From Lobosporangium transversale (taxonomy: Eukaryota), in assembly GCF_002105155.1 (NCBI RefSeq), contig NW_019028999.1, positions 1 to 64,000 on the forward strand: 64,000 nt of DNA, read 5' to 3'. Numbering within the stretch: position 1 is the stretch's first letter; each line of letters begins with the position of its first letter. The translations under genes and the position numbers were made by a program. The notes beneath the pieces were generated by a model that saw only the letters and a program-made list of their open reading frames with translations, was not told the DNA's origin and did no database searches. Below, piece by piece: positions 26,261-38,672 of the stretch.

Positions 26261-26545
26261 AAACAACAGATGAAGGAAAGTAAGGAAAGTAAGGAAAGCG
26301 GTAGTAGTAGCTACCCGAGAACCAAGGTTCTATGTATTTGAATGGCATAGAAATGCCTGTTGTAAAGTAGAAATGATCCAGATAAACTTTTAAAAGAAAA
26401 CACAGTACTTTTTTATTAACATTATACTATCATCATATTGATCAACGTTTTTTTTTTTTCTTTTTTTTTTGTTTTTGTTTTTGTTTTTGTTTTTGTTTTT
26501 TAAGTCACGAAAGAATGAGAATGAAAGAAATAAGAGGTGAATGGA

Positions 26546-26831
26546 TTACTGATGATATGTGCCGTCATTGGAAACATATTGTGGGTTTCCTGGGACCGAT
26601 TGTGTGATCTTTCCATAGTCTTGAGCATAGTACTGAGGTCCATGCTGTGAGGCTGTGGGTTTGACTGCTCCAGGAGTCGCCACAGAGGCCACGGTAGCAT
26701 GAGGCGAAGGCTCGTAGACAGTGGCAGAATTTCCGGCAGTGAGTGTAGTGGTTGCAGGAGAACTTGCAGTGTAAGCATTAGACTGTCCAGGCATGGGCAT
26801 AGGAATAGGAGGAGATGGGTATTGCTGTTGG

Positions 26832-26890
<59 letters not shown>

Positions 26891-28380
26891 ATATTGCTGC
26901 TGGAGTTGGTCCTGTGCGAGGCCAACAGTTGCAATGCCATCTTGAGGAGGAGTAGTGACCGTGGTAGGAATGCTAGCAGATTGATACTGTTGCTGTTGTT
27001 GATGATGCTGCTGTTGCTGGTCATAGTAAGGATCTACAGTTTGGAACTTGGGAGAAGGTGTAGGATGAGCAGGTGCAGGAGGGGGGACGACTGTTGGGTA
27101 AAATGCTTGTTGATTTGGCTGGTTGGGATCTGCATACACGCCAGGTTGCTGTTGAATATAATATCCAGACGCTGGGGATTGCTGCGAGACAAATTGCTGT
27201 TGCTGTGGGGGCTGAAGCTGTTGCTGAGGTTGGAACTGTTGTTGCTGAGGTTGGAACTGCTGTTGAGTATATGCAGGCTGCTGTTGGAATTGAGGTTGTG
27301 GCTGGAACTGCTGGACTTGTTGCATGGGAGGACTCTGAGCAAATTGATTCTGCTGAACTTGCTGTAAGGCTGGAGGAGGTGGTTGGCCTTGATATACATG
27401 CGTTGCTCCTCCAGGAGGGCCAGCACCAGCACCAGCTGCTGCTGTAGCTGCTGTGAGCTTGTCATTTTTGTTCTTTCTTCTGCTTCGGAAGACAAAGAAC
27501 AAGGCCACGCCCAGAACAAGGGCAGCTACACCACATCCAATACCGATGTACAGGCCAGTTTTGCTACCTCCTTCACTATTGCTCTCATCTCCATCTCTAC
27601 CATTTCTACTTCCACTGGGGCTAGTAGTGGACCGTGGGCTACTTCGAGTGGATGTAAAGGTGGGATTGTATGGATTGACTAAAAAGATTTAGTGGTCCAG
27701 GCCCAAAGGAGAACAACGAACACGTTTGATTTAAGATTTACGCCGAATGCATAAATAATCAGAAGCGAATTATAATAAGTGATATTAGCAGCTTTGCCAA
27801 AGATTGTCTAATTTTTTTTTTTTTTTTTTTTTTTTTGGTAGCAGGGCAATCAATAAAAACTTACCGTTCTGATTACTGTTGCAGGAGGCGACGTAGGTGG
27901 TAGGGGTCAACGCACCCTCTTGACCAGGGATAGTAATGATGCATGGATAACAGGTTTCTAATATAAAGTAATAAAATTTTCCAAGAATAAAATTCAGTAA
28001 AAGCACGACAATGCTTATTTTTTTATAGCACATCAAATGAGAAGACCTACTGTAGTGCTCAATGACATCCGCAGCGCAAATACAGGCCAGTGTGGCTGGA
28101 CTCGAGGAGTTACTATGTTAGAGGAAAGACAAGAGACAAGTTGATATCAGAGAAAAGATGAAAGGTGGAGTGAAAGGGACTGTTCAGCAAGATAACAATA
28201 GATCCTCAATAAGCAACGTTGAATTGAATATGTCGATGGATATGTCAAGAGAGAGTAAGAGAGAAGTGAGAGAGGAGTGAGTGTGAGGAAAGATAGCCCT
28301 TACCCATGGGCATTGGTACATGTTGCAAAGTCAGTATAAAAGTCAGTGCAGTCAGTGAGGAAACAAGTTCCAGAAGACAT
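26546..28380 (-). CDS. Single-pass membrane protein (454 aa): 8-Cys CFEM-like ectodomain, S/T stalk, TM, Gln-rich cytoplasmic tail; 4 exons
   Basis: Exons 28380-28304, 28112-28051, 27957-27865, 27678-26546 (1365 nt, in frame). N-terminus MSSGTCFLTDCTDFYTDFATCTNAHGNSSSPATLACICAADVIEHYKTCYPC...SC. The TM segment LYIGIGCGVAALVLGVALFFVF is followed by RSRRKNK. Confidence 0.8.
26834..26890 (-). repeat. (CAGCAA)n microsatellite encoding poly-Gln
   Basis: Tandem gctgtt run on the + strand. Confidence 0.85.
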
Positions 28381-28921
28381 GATGAGGATGTAGGGATGTA
28401 ACGGATGAAAGATGAGAAGGATGAGGAGAATGAAGGAAAAAAAAAAAAAAAAAAGAAAAAACTGAGGAAGGGTTCCTGAGAAATAAACTAAAGTTGATTA
28501 ATAGGTTAGAACTACTGTAGACCAGAGACAAACCCTGTGGGGCTTCCTTGGGTTCATTCACCCTTCGGTGGCAAACTGGAAGAGCTCACAATAAACACAA
28601 CCTTTGTGTTCACAAAAAAGATTAAAAGACTCTTCCATGGAGAGGTTGATCGATGATGACCAACAAACTTTGTCTTGGATTGAGGCAGTGCTAGAGAAAA
28701 AAAAATCACTCAGGACTTTTGCTCTAACCAAATGTCGAGCATTGCCCCCCCCTACTCCGAAGGTGGTAACGGATAGCTTACTTGGGAATGGTCAGATACC
28801 GTGGCGTAAAAAAAAGAGGTTACAGATTAGAGCACGTGGCCTTCAATTTAATTAAAAAATAAATAAAATAAAATAAAATAAAATAAATAAACGGCAAAAC
28901 ATCCAAAACCGTCTTTTTGTC

Positions 28922-30509
28922 ATGAACAATCATAGGGATGCCATGGCTTTTACATCCGATACGAAACAGAAGCAAGCCTATCTAGGCAACCAAGGATGCC
29001 TGGACACAGACATAGCACCAATTGAGCTGATATTGTCAGTACCCATGGGTCTCGAAGATGTAGCGGTGCACAAATTGCCCCCAGTGCTTGTCGAGACTGC
29101 CATCAAGATCAGATATCGAGTTGGATCTGGCTGTATAATTGTCAACATGGATACAAGTAGAATCAGCGTACAGATTATGAAAGTCATATTGGACCTAGTA
29201 GAGCATCCACCCCTCTGTGTCTTTGCAGTTTATGTTTCTATTGGTGAAATAACGATACCTCAGATCGTGTTTAACGATACACAAGAATTTTCAGCTTTTG
29301 TCAGGAATGGGTTCAGAACATCTACACATCACGAGCCTCTGGAGCATGATCAAAATCATTCTTCGGTGACTCAGGAAATGAAAGGCATGGACGCATTTGA
29401 TCTGAAGCTACAATGGCAACATGGTCTTTCTGTACTCATGTCCATTCCCTCACCATTGGCAGCACGCTTAACAGCCATAAAGAGCACGTTTTTGAAACTG
29501 AATAGCAACGAGAGTACACGCGATCCCATCCGATTTAGAGCGTCTTTTGATCGTGGTGAAGTTCAACATAAAGGAGTTCGGTCTCAAGATATTGCAGCAG
29601 GTTTAGGAAATCTCATGAGCATGGCCTTTCCGTCCTGGAAAGTTGATCTGAAAGATTATGAAGTGGAAGCCGTAGGCAGATGGATACAAGAAGAATCGGA
29701 AGAAGTTGAGTTCAAAACTGATGTAGCAACAACAAAGGGGCGGCAACAAAATACATCCTCCATAGTTAAGGGCATGAGGATGCATGTTGGAATGGCTTTA
29801 CCGCTAAAACTTTCAAGCTGCCCATATCGGTTTCGGCCCATGTGGGGACGTACAGCATTAAAGATTGAAATCGCATACTTACTCCTAGCGATGGCTGGCC
29901 CTAAGCCTGGAGATATAGTTATGGATTTTTGCTCAGGCATTGGCACTATCCCTATTGTGGGATCGATACATTATCCAGGATCGCTATTTGTGGGATCTGA
30001 ATATTTGCAGATCAATGTTGATAAAGCAGCAGAGAACTCTAGAGGTATGCAAGAAAAAGTGAATCAAAAGTCGCAGACAGAGACAGGACTTCTAAGCAAC
30101 GATATAATTGGGCCTGTTCTTTTTATTGGAGATGCAAGGGCTATTTGCTGGAGATCCGAGACAGTAGACTTGATTGTCAGTGGTATGTGTAGTAATGCTC
30201 CTGCGAAGGCTTTCCTCTTCCTTCAAAAAAGACTCCACTAATAATACCTATATATAATGATTGATAGATTTACCATGGGGTCAAAGAGAAAACTCACACG
30301 TGTACAATTGCAAGCTATACCCCCGAATGTTGCGAGAAATGATCCGTGTGCTCAAGACAAACGGCCGTGCATTACTGATCACAGGTGAACGCAAGCTGCT
30401 ACAGAGACAACTGGATGCTCCTTTTGCAAAGTCATCTCTACAAATAGTGAATAAGAGAGAAGTTACGATAGGCTTCAAGGTAGTTGTCTTTGAGATCCTC
30501 CGCATTTAA
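28922..30509 (+). CDS. THUMP-domain SAM-dependent RNA m2G methyltransferase (THUMPD2/THUMPD3/Trm14-like), 2 exons
   Basis: N-terminal VPMGLEDVA, THUMP-like FRASFDR...SQDIAAGLG...WKVDLKDYE, GRTALKIEIAY, motif I VMDFCSGIGTIPI, and VDLIVS|DLPWGQR across the intron at ~30183-30267. Confidence 0.85.
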
Positions 30510-30803
30510 CCAAGAATTCCAGTGTTTTAAAAGAAAAAAAAATAGTTTCATTCCGAGACCGACATGCGTTGCCAAAAAAAATGTTTTAAACTGGTCATTC
30601 TTAACATTTATCCAATGCCTTCAGCCAACATTGACTGGCAAGCCAACATACCTCATCATTTGTGACATACCACTGTCAGCAAACCACTTTATTTCTTGGT
30701 TGACTTCCTCGTCAAGCTCGTCGCATCTCATTTTCTCTACCCTGAACAATCCATATTTTTTAAATAAAAGAAACCGTCTCGTCCTTAGGAAAACCTTAAA
30801 CAA

Positions 30804-33800
30804 ATGCTTTCAAAGATTTCCTCGTCCTTCCTTCACAGATCATTAGCGCTCTTGACAGAACAAGGGACTACTACCACAATAGATCAGGGCCATAAATCCC
30901 TCAATTCAACTCTATTCTCTTTGATCACTTCAGCTTCAGACGCGGCCCCAGGTTTTTCTTCCCATGTATCTTTCTCACCTAGCACAGCTTTCAACAGTAC
31001 AGAGTCTGATTTTATTGAGCTGATAGACCGATCTCGGAGCAACCATCCACTGGTTACGGTCGCTAACTGGTTTAGTCTTATTGGATCACTGCTGATTATA
31101 TTCCATGCTCCGATGGTCATGCAGCGGGTGCCAGCACAGCGAAAACGTATGGTGATTATCTTCCTCACTGCCGTCTCGAATTTTGGCTTTGCACTAGCTA
31201 ACGTTATCACTGGTAAGGACAGGGATACCATACTTCATAATGTCCTTCTTTAACCCATAGAACAGATATAATATTTACCTTATTTTCGAGCATAGATTAC
31301 ACATCTGCATCAACGCGTGCTCAATGCACTGTGTCTGCTTGGTGTTATGTAAGGTTTTGACCGAAAGCTGGCCGTGATTTATAGAGCTTTATGATGAAAG
31401 TTAACGCTTTCGTCTTCTATTTTTTTTTTTTTTTTTTTTAATTTTCTACCACGAAATACTTAACAACCAGGTATTCTTTCAGCTATTGACATGTACACTT
31501 GTCATTTCCAGTACGTCTCGACTCTGCGGTGTGTTCTTGTTTACTGAGAGACGATCTATACCATTTAAATACATTGCAGTTTGCCCTCTGATCGCATTTG
31601 TTCTGGCCACAGCACCAGCTGCGACTAGGCACTTCAACTTTAATGAATGTGGGCACTATTGCTGGTTCACGACTACGCCAGGACAGACAGACTGCAAAGT
31701 TAGGTCATTTTGGGCATGGTTCTGCTTCTATGCCTGGATGATATTATTCTTGATATTTCTTTTCGGCTCCACACTGTTCGTAATGTTCAGGATAACACTC
31801 GCTGTGATACGTTTAAAAGCAGATCTCAACAAGATCGCATGCCAGGCACCTGACTATCTAATAAACAAAGACGCTTCTTCTCGCTCAACTTCAACTATGG
31901 AGAGGTTGCGGTCTATAAGTCAAAGCGTAAGAAGTAAAAGAATATCACTGCTCTCTAATACAAGTCGCCAAAGTAAATCAATTGAAAGTCAAGAACACGG
32001 TGTGCAAGAGCAAAGGCAAGAGGACAGGTGCGTAGAGGGCCTGAGTTTGTCGGGGACAGAGGTCGGGGCTCGTAATGATCAGAGGGACGAGCAAGGGCAC
32101 GAGCAAATGGACGGCTCTTGCCGACACAGAAATTATATGATAACCAGCAATCCATCACCAACTTTTAATGGTAGCGACGATACCACTGTAGCACCAACTG
32201 TCACGATCACCGATATTGGTTCCTCAATTCAACATGGCCGTATCGTACCCTCAATAAGCCCTAATGGTGTCCAGCAAACAAGCCCACGAGGTATGGCTGC
32301 ATTTCCCGTTAAGGATCGATCTTATCTGGCAGCACTTCTTCGTCAGGCGTTCTATCCAATATCGATCTCCGTCTCAGGATGTATCCAAATCTTTGTCGAC
32401 TTGACTTTGTCGGATAGAAACCAGTACGACGGCGCATTGGATTATTTCGTGAATGTAGCGACGAGTATCCAAGGGTTTCTGTTCTTCATAGTCTTTATAT
32501 TTGATCCTGCTGTGGTGCAAACGTATCAATATTGGCGGAAGTATCTGGTCTGGAAATACTACATTGAGTTTTATTACAGTCTAGGGATGCCATTCGAAGC
32601 ACGTGAATTCCAGGAGCGATTCAGGGAAAAGTGCCAAACACTCAATCCACATGGCAATGACCCAAAAACTGACCAGCTGACTAAACCCCCTCCATATTCA
32701 TGGTCGCTTCGGTGTGATGATTTGGCCACCCCTTCAGAATTCTATACTACATATCCATTTACCGTCACTTCAAACATGGATTCTATTTATAATGCCAGTC
32801 AAGCTCCACAAAGTGTAAACTATTGGACGGCTATGCGTAGCAACAAAGGATCAACAGATGAGAGCGTTAGTGGCGTTGGGAATCCTGTGTTTATTTCACC
32901 GGCAGGGGTGGTTCCGAAAAATGATAAAGCGTGTGTAGAGGATTTGTTTACAGATTCGGATGCGAAATATTCCTCATCCGTACCAGTCAAAAAGCAACAT
33001 CAACAACAGTATGATAATAAGATTATGAAGAACACGGATTTCCCCCATACTTCCCCTGGCTTATTCTCTGACACAGCACTCTTGTCGCAAGCCCCTGGCA
33101 TAGAGGATATCAGAGTACACCCTATGATGAAAACCAACATCGACAATGGATGTAGCACTTCGTATATTTCTCCATATCACGAGAGCAATGAAGCTACAGG
33201 GCAGGCGATGGGCCATAATACTACCAAATTCATACCGACTCCTGAAGAACAGCGGGGTTTATCATTAGCCAGGCCATTATTGCCGTATAGTTGTCCTAAT
33301 CTCGGTCCCGACTATACTACCGTCAGCATACAAGAAGACCCCACTCTATCCTACTATTCAAGGGCGATCAACGATCCGACAGTCAATAATTTGTACGATA
33401 AAAATTTAAAACTTGATCTTGGTCCCCAAAGACCTCAATACAAACGCCGACGATCATCCGATATCTGTTCACATCAGCCAGGCGGAATAATTTCTCCTCC
33501 TAAACCCTCTAAAACATCGACTATTGGTGGGAATGATTGGGTCCCTGGTTGTGTTCGCTCTTCCAAGTCATCATCGGCAGACAGGGGGACTCTTCGTACA
33601 AGTGCTGATTTGACTATTAGCGGGGGATCCTTCAGCGTTCGAATTGGATCTTTCATACCCATTATTACATATGCGGCTAACTGTTCGATTCAAGAGAGAT
33701 ATCAGCAGCAGTTCCGATTCCCAAAATGGGCATATCTGATACATAGAGTTATTCGACGCATATTCATCCCATCCGAAGTAAGGATGCCACCGATTCCGAA

Positions 33801-34005
33801 TCCTTTTGCAAAGGAGAGCCGAAGAGCAAGGGTACAGCATCAAGCGATGTTGGTGAGGAAACAGAGCGAGATTCATACCGTTCATGATCATCTGCGGTCA
33901 CCTACAAATTCACAGCAGATGCGAAGAACGAGTGAAGTGGCCGAAAGCGACTTTATCACATTACCAGACCCAATTCATCCTAGAGGGTTGCCAAACAACT
34001 TTTAA
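30804..34005 (+). CDS. 7-TM GPCR-like protein (cAMP-receptor-like/Git3-type), 3 exons
   Basis: Seven hydrophobic segments, a Cys before TM3 (QCTVSAWCY), ECL2 CGHYCWF, TM6 RQAFYPI and TM7 SIQGFLFFIVFIFDPAV. ICL3 and the C-tail are long. Introns at ~31213-31295 and 31349-31470. Confidence 0.8.
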
Positions 34006-34867
34006 ATGTCAATAACAGAGGTGAATCTTATGTTGACAAAATTTGACTAAGAATCCGATTATGTGTTTATTATAACCGTGCTAATTTCTATATTGTATAT
34101 CTGAGGGTCATAACAAAGGTGCATGACAAAGAAGAGATGGACAAGTATGAGTGCATTTAAAAGAGCGAGTACCATATTCTTGTTTCACGGGGAGCCATAA
34201 TTAAGATGGAAACAAAATGTATGCGAAAACGACATGTTGCAAATAAAAAAGGGGTGTTGCAAACTATTTCACAAGCAGGCGTCATTCTGATAGATCAGTC
34301 TCTCTTTGAGATTGCTGGAGAGCCAAAGTTGAAGACGGAGCTCTGTAACTACTTGGGTTACAGCCTGCTGGCTATCTAGGCCTTTATCACAATATATGGG
34401 TGGACAGCAAGGTGAGTCTTGTGGAGCATTTCCTTCTCTTCCCTCTCTCCCCAAATGTCTTCCCGAGCACCTTTATATGCATACATTTTAAGCTTGATGT
34501 GGAGACAATGAGACATTGGGATGGGAAAATAACATCATTGGCTATCGTTATTTATGTGTTCGTCTTTTTTTTTTTTTTTTTTTTTCCACATTTGTAGAAA
34601 AATCCATACAGACGTCCAAAATTGAATACATAATACGTATCTCATATGGCATTCCCGTGTATAAATACCATCAAGGGTCCAGCCATTTTAGTTTCTTTAT
34701 CACGTTTTAGTCCATTTCTGCTTGTTTATCATCAACGCTCCCACACCCCAGCCCTCACTACCCCCAGGACCAGTAGCAGAAGCAGTTGTGGTCGAATCCA
34801 ACCCTTCTTGCTCGCAGCTTCACACACTCTTTCACTCACCCAATTCCTGACCTATCCTTCCCTTGCA

Positions 34868-37800
34868 ATGTCATCAGCTACTGAAGCATTGGCACTCGCT
34901 AAATCAGAGTTAAACAACACTGTCAACCACAAAATCAAGGTTTTCATGCAAGTATATATCTAATGTCTGATTTCATTTGATTGTATATATATATTTTATA
35001 TATTTTTTCCATTATATATCTGTGTGTGTTAAGTGTTGGAAATGAATTGGTAACAGGACTGAGAAACAAAAAAAAAAAATATGCATGGTCATTTCGTTTG
35101 AACATGATGTTCATGGTTATTTGATGAAATCGTTCATGCCATTTCAAACCTCTTTCCTCTTTTTTTTTTTTTTTTTTTTTTTCACCCCAAATGGTCTGTG
35201 TGCGCGACCAAGGATATATTTAATGCGTGAAGTCTGACTTGTTTGTATTTGTTTTTTTCAACTTTTCATCACCAGACCATGCCACTATGACTTAGCGCAG
35301 GTCGAGACCTGTGCGCCTTTTCTGGATAGATATGGGGGGGTAGTCTTTGTATACGATTGGAATGTAGCTAAAGAGACGATTACAGATTACTATCGTCGGC
35401 AATATCCAGATGGCTGGGTCAAGGTCATGTCATTCTCGCTCAGAAACATCCTAACCGCAATCAGGGATCTGGACCATCGTCTCGATCGATACGATAGCAA
35501 CAACAGTGGTGATGAAGGATACGTCAGTACCACCGCCAGCCAAAGCAATAGTGCACACGCATCCACAATGCCTACAGCGACACCTATTAGAAATTACGGT
35601 GGTATTAGTAGCGCTAGAAGCAGTATCAGTAGTATAATGTATGAACCCAAAAAACAAAATCAAGTTGTCTTCTTGCTGACAGGATCCATGAATCCAGACT
35701 ATGGTGCCTTTGGGTTGACTCAAAAGAAGATTCTGAATGCAGTGAAAGATGCGCTACCAGAGAGAGTTTGTGCAGTCAACATTATCGGACATTGCATGTA
35801 TGGATGTGTCTCTTGTTCTGGTATCGAGCATAGGGTCCCACTCTACTTTACACGCTATTTTAACAAGACGTAAGTTTTCTGAAATGGTTTACTTTAGTGG
35901 GGTAGGAGAATAAGACTATGACCAGAAAAAGACAGGAAGCTGTGCTGTCTCACTTGGATACATAATCCTTATCATGGGGAGAGACCATGTATGACTATTT
36001 TCTAACATCACGCTTATACAAATGTCACATTGCGTTTAGATTACCCTACACTGCTGAGGATGTCCGAGCGCTCTATATTAACTCAAAGTCAGAATATACA
36101 TCCAATAACACACGCGCTGTGCTCGTGGCTCCTTCCTGCGGCGGCACATCTATGATTGCTCAAAAACCCATCATTCAACTCTTTCACCGCCTAGAGCAAA
36201 CAGGTCACTGGAAGTTTATTTGGAAGATGCACCCAAGCTCTTTGCAGTTGGACGGATATGATCTCGAAGACCAAACGGGGATTGAACAGAGAGAGCTCGA
36301 AAATGTTCAGTTTGTTCTAAAAAACTTCACGGTGACTCAGGATGAGCATGTATGCCTATTGCCGTTTATGGAGGCGTTTGATGTGATCATCACCGACCTA
36401 CACTCGTCTGTTCCGTTCATTGCGACTTATTTCACACCCAAGATCATTCTTTCGTACTTTAATGATGCTGACTATGGGACACCAGAGAGACATCAGGAAT
36501 TTATGGACCAATTGAACACGTTTGTGGAACCAGAGGAACTTGAAGAACTCCTGAACACGTTGCCCGAGCCGAAAGGTAACCCTGCATTCTTCCACAATCA
36601 ATATGGGTATGTTGATGGAAAAGAAGATTTGAGGTTCGGAAACCTTGCAAAATGGCCCATTGAGCAGGTTGAGCCATCGCAATCGCTGCAATACAGGAAG
36701 GTTATGGCGGAGCTCGCGCTCGAATGGAAGAAAATCCATAAGGAAATGGCAGCAACGTTTGATGATCCCGAAGGCGCCAACAATGCTCTTGGATTCCCTG
36801 CCAAGTTCCCTTTGTTCGATGACGGGGATTCTTTAGATGTTCCACTGACCCTTCCTAGAGCTTTACCACGAGATCGCCGAGCAAATGGTATTGAGCTTCG
36901 CATCATGAGCTTCAATATCTGGAACGGTGGGCTATCTAGTGGCCATCCAATTGAGCAGACAGCGAACGCTATCCTTGCATCTGGAGCGGATGTAGTCGGA
37001 CTTCAAGGTAAACCACTCAATCACCTATTCGCTACAAAGTGGGTACATCTGCCTGATTAGGTTTGTGCTGACCATAAGACTGTATCATTTATCTATTATT
37101 ACAGAGTGCTCTACTGTTATTCTATCATCGGGCAGTAGGCGCTACATGCTCCCAGAGCTGATGAAACATCTTCCGGGATGGTATTATAGTGACCAAAAAC
37201 TTCTCCCTAGTAGTACCGGCCCAAGGAACCCCTGGGGAATAGTGTCTAAATTCCCTATAGTCAATACGACCGAGAAGGGCTTCGGTGTGAAGATCCAATT
37301 GAACAATCCTCGTCATCCTGAATTTGAGCCTCCTTATCTAGCATTTTCAGAAAATAAGTATCCGCCAATTGAGCGCCCCCACCTCCCATTCAATAGTTCT
37401 GCAGTCCAACATTCAGCTAATACACGGTTCATGTACCTATTCAACTGTCACTTGTATTATTTCCCCTACCAACCCTTCCAACTGCTCAAGATTCCTTACG
37501 ATTCGCAACCGTCCTTAGATACAGCTGAAGAGGCCATCCAGTCTTGTATCGACGCCCGAGGTAAGGAAATGGAGACCGTCCTAAATGAGATAAAACAAGT
37601 GGCGGAACAAGAGCCAGATGTGCCTATTTTTTTGACGGCGGACTTGAATGAGCCTAGTCATCTGGACTGGACACCACTCTCAGTCTTCGCGGGATTGCAA
37701 CCCATGACAGTCAAATGGCCCGTGAGTGAATGGGCGTACAAGGCTGGCCTAGTGGATCTATGGCGAGCATACCAACATCTTTGCCACTTTGGGTCAGGAT

Positions 37801-38213
37801 CAGGGTCAAGCTTGCCGCCCCACGGCCCCTCTAACCATACCGACGCCAATGCTTCCATTGAGCATGAGCATATTCATCATCATGATCCTCGCAACTGTAC
37901 AAACCCTGATAGTCCTCATGGTCACAGTGACGTGGACGACAAAGATCCAGTCGATTTTGACAGGATTGAGCAACAGGTTATTGAACGTCCTGGATTTACA
38001 TGGTCGGCTCTGACGAGTGAGTTGGATGGATCAGATCATTATGATCGTATCGATTACGTTTTCGGACTGAGCCGTGAGTCAAGTCCTATTGCCCTGAAGG
38101 ATGTAGCCATCAAGATGGGTGAGGAAGTGAGCAGATTTGGAGAAAAGAACGATAGAACTTTCAAGCCATGGCCTTCGGATCACCGGGCTGTTATTGCTAC
38201 AGTCATTGTGTAG
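34868..38213 (+). CDS. 916-aa fusion: N-terminal CDP-glycerol glycerophosphotransferase (TagF/TagB, GT-B)-like domain plus C-terminal endonuclease/exonuclease/phosphatase (EEP) domain; 4 exons
   Basis: Exons 34868-34947, 35276-35869, 36040-37007, 37105-38213 total 2751 nt in frame (intron 1 is GC-AG). TagF-like motifs: IIGHCMYG, VLVAPS, FIWKMHP, FDVIITDLHSSV, GYVDGK. EEP motifs: IMSFNIW, DVVGLQE, NCHL, ADLNEPSHLDW, GFTW, RIDYVF, WPSDHRAV. Confidence 0.82.
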
Positions 38214-38318
38214 AGAAAATGAAGATGATAAACTACGTTTATTACACATCGTTAACTGAAACCCTTCACCCTTCTCCCACCTTTTCAATAAACGGCCATC
38301 AATTTATTCAACGGGCCC

Positions 38319-38354
<36 letters not shown>

Positions 38355-38672
38355 AAGGTACAACACAAGAAGACATGGAGAAAGCATGCAAACATACACT
38401 CACGAGCCACATACGAATAGACTATGAAATAGACGAGCTGAATTTTCCCATGCTAATGTGGGCTAGAATTTTGTTTTTTTTGCAGATTCTAAAAGGTCAA
38501 TGGGGTATTTGATTGCAATATTATTTATTGGATTGTGAGAATTTATAGTACAATTACAGATTTACACTGCTCATGAATGTTTGGCTTTTGTTCTTGTTGT
38601 TTTTAAATGCTTTAGTGTAGTCATTCCGTACTGATTGTTGCTGTTTGCTGATTCCTTTTTTTTTTGCGGATC

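Noticed and set aside
26699..27447. Plus-strand Leu/Val-rich ORFs (222 aa, 124 aa)
   Set aside because: They are antisense shadows of the poly-Gln exon.
28500..28810. Several short hairpins and an ATGATGA word between two divergent genes
   Set aside because: There is no matching D box, Sm site or tRNA cloverleaf, so it cannot be called an ncRNA without a covariance search.
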